Made by a program: the position numbers and the translations under genes. Of a DNA stretch of 29,118 bases, positions 1-7,645 are shown one piece after another. Source of the stretch: an uncultured virus (IMG/VR IMGVR_UViG_3300015615_000735) (Duplodnaviria; Heunggongvirae; Uroviricota; Caudoviricetes). Numbering within the stretch: the first letter of the stretch is position 1; each line of letters opens with the position of its first letter. Where the stretch lies: the IMG/VR virus record IMGVR_UViG_3300015615_000735, positions 62,001 through 91,118 of that record; one strand, given 5' to 3'. The notes beneath the pieces are model-generated. The model ran no database searches, was not told where the DNA came from, and worked only from the letters and a program-made list of their open reading frames with translations.

Positions 1-561
1 GAAAGAAAAACTGGGAGCGGGCCGACTCGCGTCGACCGCATCGGGTGTGCTGTTCATCATGCGCACGCTCAGACACCCACCCAGCGCCCCACCGAGCATG
101 GCGAGCGCGGACAGAACGAGTACCGGCCTCCACGCCCTCCGGAACCACGGCACGATCTCCTCGTCCGGCACTTTGGAGCGCACGTCGGAGAGAGTGTCGT
201 GGTCGCGCTCGAGACGGCGGACGATGAAGGAGAGTCGCTCCTCGGTCATCTTGGCGTGCGCCTCGGCGCGTCGAGTCGCCTCCGTGCGCTGCATCTCGTT
301 GACTTGCACTTGCCGGAGCACGGCGAGGATCGAGTCGCTGAGTTGGTGCTGCCGCTTGGCGACGTCACCCACCGCGTCGCTCACCCCGAGGATGTCGTCG
401 CGGATCGACTTGCGTCCCGCGATGCCCTCGTGACGAAACGTCTGGAGGTTGGCGAGCAGACGAAGCTCAGCCGCGCGGAGCTCGTCGCGGAGGAGCAGCG
501 CTTCGTCGCTGGTGAGCCCCACCGTGGAGGGAGAGGCCGGCACGATGGGCTCGGCGCTCAT
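1..561 (-). CDS. Coiled-coil protein with C-terminal TM helix, partial (possible lysis-module membrane protein)
   Basis: Hand-translated, not in the ORF track. ATG overlaps the upstream stop (TGATG); open for 187 codons to the window edge: MSAEPIVPAS...helical region...WFRRAWRPVLVLSALAMLGGALGGCLSV. Confidence 0.7.
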   Translation of the reverse strand, partial: MSAEPIVPASPSTVGLTSDEALLLRDELRAAELRLLANLQTFRHEGIAGRKSIRDDILGVSDAVGDVAKRQHQLSDSILAVLRQVQVNEMQRTEATRRAEAHAKMTEERLSFIVRRLERDHDTLSDVRSKVPDEEIVPWFRRAWRPVLVLSALAMLGGALGGCLSVRMMNSTPDAVDASRPAPSFSF

Positions 562-1109
562 CAGTGGCCTCGGAGCGCTTGGACAAGCTGAATGACGGCC
601 TGGATGCCGCTCCAAAGAGCGACGAGACCGAGCACCACCTTGGGCGGAAGGAAGCCGGTGAGGAGCTTCTGCACCGCGCTCGATGAGACGGCGGCGTCGG
701 TCGCGTTCGACTCGATGCGCTTGAGCCGTTCCTCGTGCTCGTCGATCTCTTCGTTGACGACGCGGAACTGGTCGAGGTTGGCAGCGCTCACCCGACGAAG
801 CTCCTGTGCGTGCTGTTCGAGCGCCTCGGCCCACGCCTCTTTCGGCGCGACCGACTCGCGCACGGACGCGCGCGTGAACTCGCGCACGGCCTCGAGCTCC
901 CCACTCGCCTTGCGCGCGGGCTCGATGCGCGGCTCATGACCGGTCACACCAGCGGGAGGAGGCGGAAAAGGCGAGTTGCTCGGCTCGCGGCGCGAGTCGC
1001 CGGACACGCCAATGCCCCTCGGCGGCTTGGCCGTCGGGCGCGCGGCGTCGAGGAACTCCTCGTCGTACGCGGGCATAGCCTGCGTGAGGTCTTTGGGAGA
1101 GAGGGGCAT
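561..1109 (-). CDS. Coiled-coil protein with C-terminal TM helix (holin/XhlA-like topology, tentative)
   Basis: True start MPLSPKDL after TGAGGCCTCCC-ATG; 182 aa; heptad-like EEIDEHEERLKRIE followed by hydrophobic VVLGLVALWSGIQAVIQLV. Confidence 0.7.
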   Translation of the reverse strand: MPLSPKDLTQAMPAYDEEFLDAARPTAKPPRGIGVSGDSRREPSNSPFPPPPAGVTGHEPRIEPARKASGELEAVREFTRASVRESVAPKEAWAEALEQHAQELRRVSAANLDQFRVVNEEIDEHEERLKRIESNATDAAVSSSAVQKLLTGFLPPKVVLGLVALWSGIQAVIQLVQALRGH

Positions 1110-1117
1110 GGGAGGCC

Positions 1118-1933
1118 TCAGTAGGCGAGAGTCCAGAAGCGCTCGGCGAACACGTGCCAGCGGAGATTCGTCGCGGCGGCGCCGGTGACGTTCAAGTTCA
1201 AGTCGGTGCCAGTCTGCGTGATGGTCACGTTGAAACCGGCCGTGGTCTCGTAGACCGTCGTCACGCTGGCGACTCGCTGCGTGTACGTTCCGCCGGAGTC
1301 GCGCGTGTAGACGACCGTGACGTCGTAGAGGGCACTCTGCGAGACGGTGTCGCCGACCGCCTTCACGCTGCATCGGAGCGTGTAGTCGCGGCTGTTCGTC
1401 GGCATCGAGTACGCCTTCAACAGCGTCACCGTCGCGTTGGTCGTCGCGACCCAGTCGGTCGCGTGGTTGATCGACGCGTCCACTCGAGCGAGGTCGCGCT
1501 TGAGCGCCTCGGCCCACGAGGTGCCGAATTGGTTCGTCTCCATCTCGGCGACGGACTCGATCGCGCCGTGCGACGGAACTAGAACCATGAACGACTCGTC
1601 CCGCATCTCGTCGTCGGAGACACCGTTCTTCAGCCCGTCGTTCACGGTGAGGCGAACGGCGTACTTTCCCCACCTGTCGCGCGGCGCGTCGACGGTGAAC
1701 GGCGGGGGCGTGACGGCGGTCGAAGTCAGGACACCATCGGGACCAAGCGTCCACCCCGCGGGCGTCGCATAGCCGGCCGGGAAGTCGTAGAGCTCCCAAA
1801 GCTGACTCGTCCAGAACGAGGTGTCCTGGCCGGAAAGCTGGATGACGTTGCCGCCCGCGACGGTGCGCACGCCAGCAACGGCCGTGTCGGCGTCTACCGA
1901 GCAGATCGTGGCGGCGAATGGAGGCGTCGGCAT
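1118..1933 (-). CDS. Putative tail fibre/appendage protein (N-terminal PKD/Ig-like strand, Thr-rich beta C-terminal domain)
   Basis: 271 aa; GKYAVRLTVNDG resembles a PKD/Ig motif; Thr/Val-rich C-terminus ending LNVTGAAATNLRWHV; same strand as the tail genes; GAAGG RBS. Confidence 0.6.
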   Translation of the reverse strand: MPTPPFAATICSVDADTAVAGVRTVAGGNVIQLSGQDTSFWTSQLWELYDFPAGYATPAGWTLGPDGVLTSTAVTPPPFTVDAPRDRWGKYAVRLTVNDGLKNGVSDDEMRDESFMVLVPSHGAIESVAEMETNQFGTSWAEALKRDLARVDASINHATDWVATTNATVTLLKAYSMPTNSRDYTLRCSVKAVGDTVSQSALYDVTVVYTRDSGGTYTQRVASVTTVYETTAGFNVTITQTGTDLNLNVTGAAATNLRWHVFAERFWTLAY

Positions 1934-2005
1934 GGGTAGACCTTCGGCGCGCGCGGGTGGCGGCGCTCACCTTGATTCGGGTGGATGGGCCCAGGGCGTT
2001 CCGAC

Positions 2006-2103
2006 TTGGGACGGGCCAGATATGTGCTGGAATAGCGATGGTTACGTTGCGCAACGAAAAACCGCCGACCCGCTCCCCGATGTCCTGGGAACGAGCCGGC
2101 GGT
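2006..2103 (+). promoter_or_regulatory. Putative promoter, 12-bp palindromic operator and leader hairpin of the antirepressor gene
   Basis: TTGGGA (2006) then TG-c-TGGAAT (2025-2033); perfect palindrome CGTTGCGCAACG at 2045-2056; stem ACCGCCG...CGGCGGT at 2061-2103 directly before the AGGAG RBS. Confidence 0.45.
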
Positions 2104-2115
2104 CAGGAGCAACGT

Positions 2116-2850
2116 ATGACCGAAAGCAAGATGGTCCCTGTCCACGGTTGGGATCTCCACGTCGGGCAGGACGCGGAGCCGCGGGTGCGGGACTTGGATC
2201 TAGGTGCGCGGCTTGGCTACGAGCGAGCGTCGGATTTTCGAGCCCTGGTCAAGAGGCTCGCGAATTCAGGAATACTGAATGATATCGATTATATCGGAGT
2301 CGCACGGCGCATAGAATTGAACCCGGGGCGAGGCAGCTTCCGCGACGTAATCGAGTACCACCTGACCGAGGTGGGGGCCCTCGTTGCGATCTCGCGCAGC
2401 GACACTGCGATGGCGACCCTCATCACGCGCCAAGTCATTGAGACCTTCCTGGCCTACCGAGCCAATGCTCACCGTGCGGCCGAGGAGCGCCTCATGGCGA
2501 TGGCGCGCGAGCAGGAGGAGCGGCTTGCGAGCATGTCGCGACAACTCGAGCAAAGCAACGCGCGTATCGGCGACGGTGCCCTCCACCGCATGTCGGCAAA
2601 GGCCCACTGCTTGGCGGTCGCCAAGGCGATTGGCGTCTCACTCCTTCGCGTCTACGGCGTGCTGCGTCGTGAGTTCAAGGTGCCGAGCATGTACCTCATC
2701 CGCCTCGGCGAGTGGGATCGGTTCCTCGGAACGCTGGAGTTACTCAAGCGCGAGTGTCGACTGAAGTCGGGCCGCGTGCCGCTTCGACTCCGCGACAACC
2801 AGGGCGAGCTCGACTTCGACGTGGCGGAGCGGGTGAAGTTGGCGAGCTGA
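2116..2850 (+). CDS. Phage antirepressor-like protein (Bro/Rha-like N-terminus, ORF6C-like C-terminus)
   Basis: AGGAG-N6-ATG at 2116; 244 aa; EPRVRDLDLGARLGY...EYHLTE..AL..SRSDTA N-domain; VYGVLRREFKVPSMYLI..EWDRFL resembles ORF6C. Confidence 0.75.
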   Translation: MTESKMVPVHGWDLHVGQDAEPRVRDLDLGARLGYERASDFRALVKRLANSGILNDIDYIGVARRIELNPGRGSFRDVIEYHLTEVGALVAISRSDTAMATLITRQVIETFLAYRANAHRAAEERLMAMAREQEERLASMSRQLEQSNARIGDGALHRMSAKAHCLAVAKAIGVSLLRVYGVLRREFKVPSMYLIRLGEWDRFLGTLELLKRECRLKSGRVPLRLRDNQGELDFDVAERVKLAS

Positions 2851-2964
2851 GGGCGAGGGTGCCCGCGAGCCATGGTTCGCGGGCCGTGTCCAATCGGGAT
2901 CCCCGCGATCCTCTTTATGCTCTTCCTCGTGACGCGTTGCTGACCGAGGAGGTAAGCTCCATTC

Positions 2965-3057
2965 GCCCGACCCTGGATCGTCCGAGCGGGGTCGGGCCCT
3001 TCGTCGTGACGCGAGCAAATTAGGAACGCCCACCATCGCGCGAGACGAGGTGGGCGT
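2965..3057. terminator. Two GC-rich hairpins between convergent genes
   Basis: GCCCGACCC/GGGTCGGGC (2965-2997) and ACGCCCACC/GGTGGGCGT (3026-3057); no strong U-tract. Confidence 0.35.
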
Positions 3058-3085
3058 AGGAACCGGGGACGCTGCGGCCTTCAGC

Positions 3086-3601
3086 TTACGCTGCGACCCC
3101 ACTGCCCATCTCGACCAAGGCGACCATCGGGCTGAAGTTGGGAGTCGCTGGATGAGCCGGCGTGCGGACGCTGCCGCGATGGGCGAGTGACGGGTCGATG
3201 AGGACGTCGGCGAATCGGTGGGCCGCCTGCCATCGTTCCTCGGCGGAATCGAAGGCGATCCCGCACGAGAAGACCCACATCGCGAGGCCGAGGGCCTTCC
3301 ACCGCTCGAAAGAGATCGAGGCGCCTCCCCGGCGAGAGTAGAGCCCTCCTTGGCGAGGCAGAAAGCGAGGCCGCGGCAACCGGCACGACCCGTTCGCCAT
3401 CGTCTCGAAGGGCTCTTTCACGGGCGTCGCCAGGTTGTCGACGTCGACGGCGGGCGGCTCTCCAGCAAACCTCGTCCGGATGGAATCGAACATCTCTTCG
3501 TCACGCAGCGCCGTACGACGAAGGCCGAGCGCGAGCGCGTCGACTGCGATCTCGGAGAGTCTGGCGCCGCTACGCCTCGTGAGGCTGGCGCGCGGTCTCA
3601 T
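3086..3601 (-). CDS. Hypothetical protein coupled to the KilA-N gene
   Basis: ATGA overlap with the KilA-N stop; 171 aa MRPRASLTRR...EMGSGVAA; no recognised motif. Confidence 0.55.
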   Translation of the reverse strand: MRPRASLTRRSGARLSEIAVDALALGLRRTALRDEEMFDSIRTRFAGEPPAVDVDNLATPVKEPFETMANGSCRLPRPRFLPRQGGLYSRRGGASISFERWKALGLAMWVFSCGIAFDSAEERWQAAHRFADVLIDPSLAHRGSVRTPAHPATPNFSPMVALVEMGSGVAA

Positions 3602-4455
3602 TCCGCACCTCCATTCAGCGCAGAGAAGGACTCGAGGTGCGTGCGGATCTGGTCGATCGCCGCGGCGGAGTAGACGTACGAGGTCACCTCTCGGTCGTGA
3701 CCAGGCGCCTTGTTCATGATCGGCTTGCAGGTGCCAGGGATATCGCCGCGAATCTTGAGCGCGGAGATCGTGCGTCCGATGACGTTGGCGTTCGTCCCGA
3801 GCATCTTCGCGATCTCGGTGGGGCTCTTCCAGTCGTGGTGCTCGGCGGGCGGAAGGGCGAAGGCGAGCGACTCGCCGCTGACGGCTTCCGCACGCTTCAC
3901 GTCGATGACGAGGGCGAGCTCGGTGCGCCCGGCGTCCTGAAGCCGCTTGGCGAGAGAGGCGAAGGCCCGCTCCTTCAGCTTCTTCTCTTCGAGATCGATC
4001 CGACGCGAAGCGGTCAGGGCTCGGAGGTGGGAGGAGTTCGGCGAGGTGACGGCGCGAACGCCGCGGGCCTCGAGCACCTTGCCCTCCATGTGGGCTTTCA
4101 CGATCGTGTTGCACCAGACGTGGAAGGCCGGCGAGAGCGACTTCGCGTAAAAGATTGCCACCTGCCAGTGGCCCCAGGTCCCAGGGTCGCTGCCGCCCGT
4201 AACCGTGCGAACCGACTCAGTGTGTTCGTCCAACACACTGCCCCGAAGGTGCTCGAGGAAGGTTTTCACCCCCTCTTGGCGGAGCCAGTTCGCCGGACGT
4301 CGCGATTCGTCCGCACCTCCCGCGCGCCACATGTCCGTAAGGCAGACCATCTCGCCCTCGGCGCGGATGGCCTTGCCCTCGAAGTGGAGGGCGGAGGAAG
4401 TCGTCGCGAGGGCGTGCGTTGCCATGCCGGCGGTGCCGGTGTTACCGTTGTCCAT
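3598..4455 (-). CDS. KilA-N domain DNA-binding protein/antirepressor with C-terminal HTH
   Basis: KilA-N signature MVCLTDMWRA...PANWLR...GTWGHWQVAIFYAKSLSPAFHVWC; C-terminal SPTEIAKMLGTNANVIGR HTH; GAGG RBS. Confidence 0.9.
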   Translation of the reverse strand: MDNGNTGTAGMATHALATTSSALHFEGKAIRAEGEMVCLTDMWRAGGADESRRPANWLRQEGVKTFLEHLRGSVLDEHTESVRTVTGGSDPGTWGHWQVAIFYAKSLSPAFHVWCNTIVKAHMEGKVLEARGVRAVTSPNSSHLRALTASRRIDLEEKKLKERAFASLAKRLQDAGRTELALVIDVKRAEAVSGESLAFALPPAEHHDWKSPTEIAKMLGTNANVIGRTISALKIRGDIPGTCKPIMNKAPGHDREVTSYVYSAAAIDQIRTHLESFSALNGGAE

Positions 4456-4484
4456 GCTGAACCTCGTATGTCGGGGTTGGCCAT

Positions 4485-4560
4485 GGCCCGGGACGCGTCA
4501 ACGTCGCCGGGCCGCTCCTTGGGAGCAAGGTCAACTTACCGCTTTGCGGATCTCAGTCAA
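4485..4560 (-). promoter_or_regulatory. Sigma70-type promoter and structured leader of the KilA-N gene
   Basis: TTGACT (4560-4555), 16 bp containing CCGC-AAA-GCGG, TAAGTT (4538-4533); leader hairpin GGCCCGG-CGACG-TTGACG-CGTC-CCGGGCC (4513-4485). Confidence 0.6.
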
Positions 4561-4754
4561 GGACTTTTTGATTTGCGCAACTCGCGCTCGGCGGCAGCAA
4601 CGACGAGATCGGCCAGGGAGCACGAAGAACGCTCACATGCCGCGCGAACCGTTTCGTACTCCGCCTCGCTAAGGCGCATGTTGACGGTGCGCGTACGAGG
4701 CTGCTCGCCCTTGAAGGGCCGTCCCATCCTCTGTTTTTCCGCGCCCTTGGACAT
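4557..4754 (-). CDS. Ribbon-helix-helix (Arc/MobC-like) DNA-binding protein
   Basis: 65 aa; MGRP...RTRTVNMRLSEAEYETVRAACERSSCSLADLVVAAA fits the beta-alpha-alpha RHH pattern; TAATG coupling to the upstream gene. Confidence 0.8.
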   Translation of the reverse strand: MSKGAEKQRMGRPFKGEQPRTRTVNMRLSEAEYETVRAACERSSCSLADLVVAAAERELRKSKSP

Positions 4755-4990
4755 TACGGCTGGTACGGCGGGTACGCCGGCTTGGTCGCCTCATGGACCG
4801 CGTAACCCATCACCACTGCGCTGATGACGGAGAGCAGGAGTAGCCCTACGAGTACGATCCCCACAACACCAAGCGGGCTCTTGTACCACGGGATAAAGTA
4901 GCGGGAAGGCTGGCCGCAGTGCGGGCACGCCCTCGCCTGGCTCGAAACGCCGGCTCCACACGCGTGACACTGGACCAAGGCCGGGTGCAT
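4754..4990 (-). CDS. Zinc-ribbon plus single-TM membrane protein
   Basis: CHACG...CPHCG zinc ribbon, then hydrophobic GVVGIVLVGLLLLSVISAVVMGYAV; 78 aa. Confidence 0.8.
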   Translation of the reverse strand: MHPALVQCHACGAGVSSQARACPHCGQPSRYFIPWYKSPLGVVGIVLVGLLLLSVISAVVMGYAVHEATKPAYPPYQP

Positions 4991-5072
4991 GAGGGGAGCG
5001 TACTCACCGACGGCGCGAATGTCACGCTAGAGGGCGGTTGGCGGACCCCGACGGGACGGTTACGATCCCACG
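4991..5072. promoter_or_regulatory. Back-to-back sigma70-type promoters, both apparently leaderless
   Basis: Plus: TTGGCG (5038)-17 bp-TACGAT (5061)-6 nt-ATG (5073). Minus: GTGACA (5025-5020)-17 bp-TACGCT (5002-4997)-6 nt-ATG (4990). Neither gene has an SD. Confidence 0.65.
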
Positions 5073-5690
5073 ATGCGTGCACTGGTAGCGGGGTTCCTTG
5101 GGGTCGTGGCGGGTCTCGGCGTGGCGTGCGGCACCACCAGGGGCCCGATTGACGAAAGCGACGCTACGGCCCCCGTGGGGACGGGGACGTCGCGCCCGGA
5201 CGCGAGCGCTGCGCCCGATGCCGAAACCACCGACGCGAGCGACGCCGCTCCCGGACCCGACGCAGCTGACGCAGCCATCCCGCCAGGATGGTGCGCGAAC
5301 GGGCCGCAGGCTACGGCGCCGAAGCTGTTCATGGAGGTGAGCGAGGCCCCGGGGTGCCTCCCGCAAGACTGTCCAACTGGCGCGAAGTACGTCGGCTACA
5401 CGACCGACATTGCGGACCGTGCCGAATACGAGCGGACGCCACCGAACCGGGTCCAGGGATGCAAGCTCGGGGCGACCCTGTCTGCCTGGTGTTGCCCTCA
5501 GGCCTGCACGAAGCGCGATGCCCCAGAGTGTGCAACCGCGGGGTTCCCTTTACCGCGCGGGTACTACTGCTACGAGCAGCCCGACGGAAGTGTCCCAACC
5601 CCGATGCCGTCCACCAACTGTGTAAACCTTCAACAGATCGGCGGCACAAATGGTCGCCTATGGTGCTGCGACGACAGCAAGCCTTACTGA
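5073..5690 (+). CDS. Cysteine-rich lipoprotein (candidate superinfection-exclusion moron)
   Basis: Signal peptide with lipobox GVA-C19; Asp/Ala/Pro linker (PDASAAPDAETTDASDAA); two 6-Cys modules each ending WCC; antisense to the tail operon. Confidence 0.85.
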   Translation: MRALVAGFLGVVAGLGVACGTTRGPIDESDATAPVGTGTSRPDASAAPDAETTDASDAAPGPDAADAAIPPGWCANGPQATAPKLFMEVSEAPGCLPQDCPTGAKYVGYTTDIADRAEYERTPPNRVQGCKLGATLSAWCCPQACTKRDAPECATAGFPLPRGYYCYEQPDGSVPTPMPSTNCVNLQQIGGTNGRLWCCDDSKPY

Positions 5691-6853
5691 AACCGCGTCG
5701 TAAGGATGTTCTCGAACTCCGTGAGCACCCCCAGAAAGATCGTGCCGGCCGCCACTGGCTTGCGGAACACGACTGGGCTTGAACCAAGCACGAAGTCGCG
5801 CGACACGAGGAGTTGCCAGCATGTGCCCGGGTTCGCGTTTCCGCGATTCGTGACCCCAGGGATCGGGAAGAGCATGCCATTTTGGAACTGGGACGTCGTG
5901 TTCAGGTCGCCCACTCGCGTCCATGCGCCGGCACCACCCGGAGATACGAAGACCCCGTTGTTGTAGGGCGACACTTCGTTCTTGAAGATGCAGAGCCGGC
6001 CGGACGCCTGGGCGATACCATCGCACGTGCCGTTCAGCAGATTCGCGGCGGTCGATGCGGTCGAGATCGCTTGCTCGTACACCTTCACCGAGAGCGGGGC
6101 CTCGTTGATCCCGGCCACTTCTTCCTGAATGTGCGCGTAGTACGCGTAGGACGCATCGTCGATGACGTTGTTCTGGTCGGTCGTGAACACGTACTCTTGG
6201 ACGGCGCCGCCCGCAGTCCATTGCCCACCCGACTTCGGTTCGGCGATGAGAAAGAATCCGTCCGGCGAGCCACTTTTGAGATCCTCGACGATGCCATCGG
6301 ACGTCCGCACGCGGAAGACGCGCATGCGCGGCACCCGCTGAGGCTGCGACGAGTGGAGGGTCGGGACGGAGAAACGTAGGCGAAGCCTCGCCAGCTTGGC
6401 CCCGTGGTGAACACGAAGCTTCTTCACGAACTCGGGTGACGTGATGCCGGTCGATCGTCGAAGTGAGCACGCCACGGGCTGCACTGCGCCCGACGGCATG
6501 ACGTTCGTGAGTGCGAAGCCGTTCTCGCCGACAGCCTGCACCGGCGCCATCGCTTGGTAGATCTTGCGAGTGCGCCCGACGTGGTTCGGCTCTAGGTCTT
6601 GGTAGTCGCCATCACCGAGCGTGAGCGTCGCGCCCGTCATCAGGCGGAGGGAGCCCGTCGCGCGAATCTGCAAGGCGGTCGTGAGCGCGAGGCCGAAGCC
6701 GTCCACCGCGATCGGAGTCGTGGGAGCGTGCACGCCGCCCGTCTTTTTGAGCCCATGGTAGACCTTGCGATCGAGGTCTTCCAGGTCGCTCGGTAGCACC
6801 TGATAGCCCGTGATCCATGTGCCGTCCGGCTGAGTGCGGGTGAAGTTCGCCAT
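5684..6853 (-). CDS. Distal tail/baseplate protein, paralog 3, with an inserted tail-fibre-type domain
   Basis: 389 aa; shares N-terminal F-x-R..W..LEDLDRK, HHGAKL, QNNVID..YAYY and terminal RFQ with its two upstream neighbours. Confidence 0.7.
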   Translation of the reverse strand: MANFTRTQPDGTWITGYQVLPSDLEDLDRKVYHGLKKTGGVHAPTTPIAVDGFGLALTTALQIRATGSLRLMTGATLTLGDGDYQDLEPNHVGRTRKIYQAMAPVQAVGENGFALTNVMPSGAVQPVACSLRRSTGITSPEFVKKLRVHHGAKLARLRLRFSVPTLHSSQPQRVPRMRVFRVRTSDGIVEDLKSGSPDGFFLIAEPKSGGQWTAGGAVQEYVFTTDQNNVIDDASYAYYAHIQEEVAGINEAPLSVKVYEQAISTASTAANLLNGTCDGIAQASGRLCIFKNEVSPYNNGVFVSPGGAGAWTRVGDLNTTSQFQNGMLFPIPGVTNRGNANPGTCWQLLVSRDFVLGSSPVVFRKPVAAGTIFLGVLTEFENILTTRFQ

Positions 6854-7645
6854 TCACTCAAACCTTTGCGTGGAGGTCTCGTAATCGAGACGGAGCGAGA
6901 TGAGCTCGACGGGTGAGCCGGCGAGCGGCGCGTCGATCCAGAACTCGTAGATGCGACTCCGCGTAATCACGTTGTTCTGGTTCGGCACGTACTCGAGATT
7001 GATGACGTTGCCGCCGTTGTAGTACGTCTCGACGTTCGACCCGAAGTTGCGGGTCCCTGTCTCGTCCAAGTAGACGATCCCGGATACGGTGCCGTTCGAG
7101 TGAAGGTAGGTCGCGTCGATCGAGCCGTCCGTGTTCCGACGGGTGATACCGACGCGCTCGAGCCCGACAGATGTCGGCTTCTGGCCCGCGTATCGGAACG
7201 AGAACGTCGCTTTCGTGAGTGACGCGCCCTCGTGGAGGCGATGGCCGTCGACGACAAGGGAAGCCGTCCTGCCCGCGGTGAGCAGTGCTCCAGTCGGTGA
7301 TACACGATGTTCGTCCGTGAAGTCTCGGAAGCCAGCCTCGAGCCAGCTGAACGTCGTAGAACGGACGCGCGGAGTCGGGAACAGAGGCCACTGGTCGACC
7401 AGCTCGATCCGTGGGTCGCCGTCGCCGTACCTCGGGCGGGTGATGACGCCGCCAGAGAAGTCGGACGAGGCGCCAAGCTGCATGCCGGTTCCGCCCACCA
7501 CGAGCGGCTCGCTCAGCGTCCAGACGCCGCCCTCGTCGAAGTTGATGAGTTCCGACGAGTACTGGTCGAGCGCCGACAGCTTGCGCGAGGACAGGGCGAA
7601 TCGCTCCGGCCAGACGCCGCCGGTCATGACGTGCGAGCGCCTCAT
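6854..7645 (-). CDS. Distal tail/baseplate protein, paralog 2
   Basis: True start MRRSHVMTGG at an ATGA overlap; 263 aa; LSALD..NFDEGG, HEGASL, QNNVIT, ends RFE. Confidence 0.7.
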   Translation of the reverse strand: MRRSHVMTGGVWPERFALSSRKLSALDQYSSELINFDEGGVWTLSEPLVVGGTGMQLGASSDFSGGVITRPRYGDGDPRIELVDQWPLFPTPRVRSTTFSWLEAGFRDFTDEHRVSPTGALLTAGRTASLVVDGHRLHEGASLTKATFSFRYAGQKPTSVGLERVGITRRNTDGSIDATYLHSNGTVSGIVYLDETGTRNFGSNVETYYNGGNVINLEYVPNQNNVITRSRIYEFWIDAPLAGSPVELISLRLDYETSTQRFE

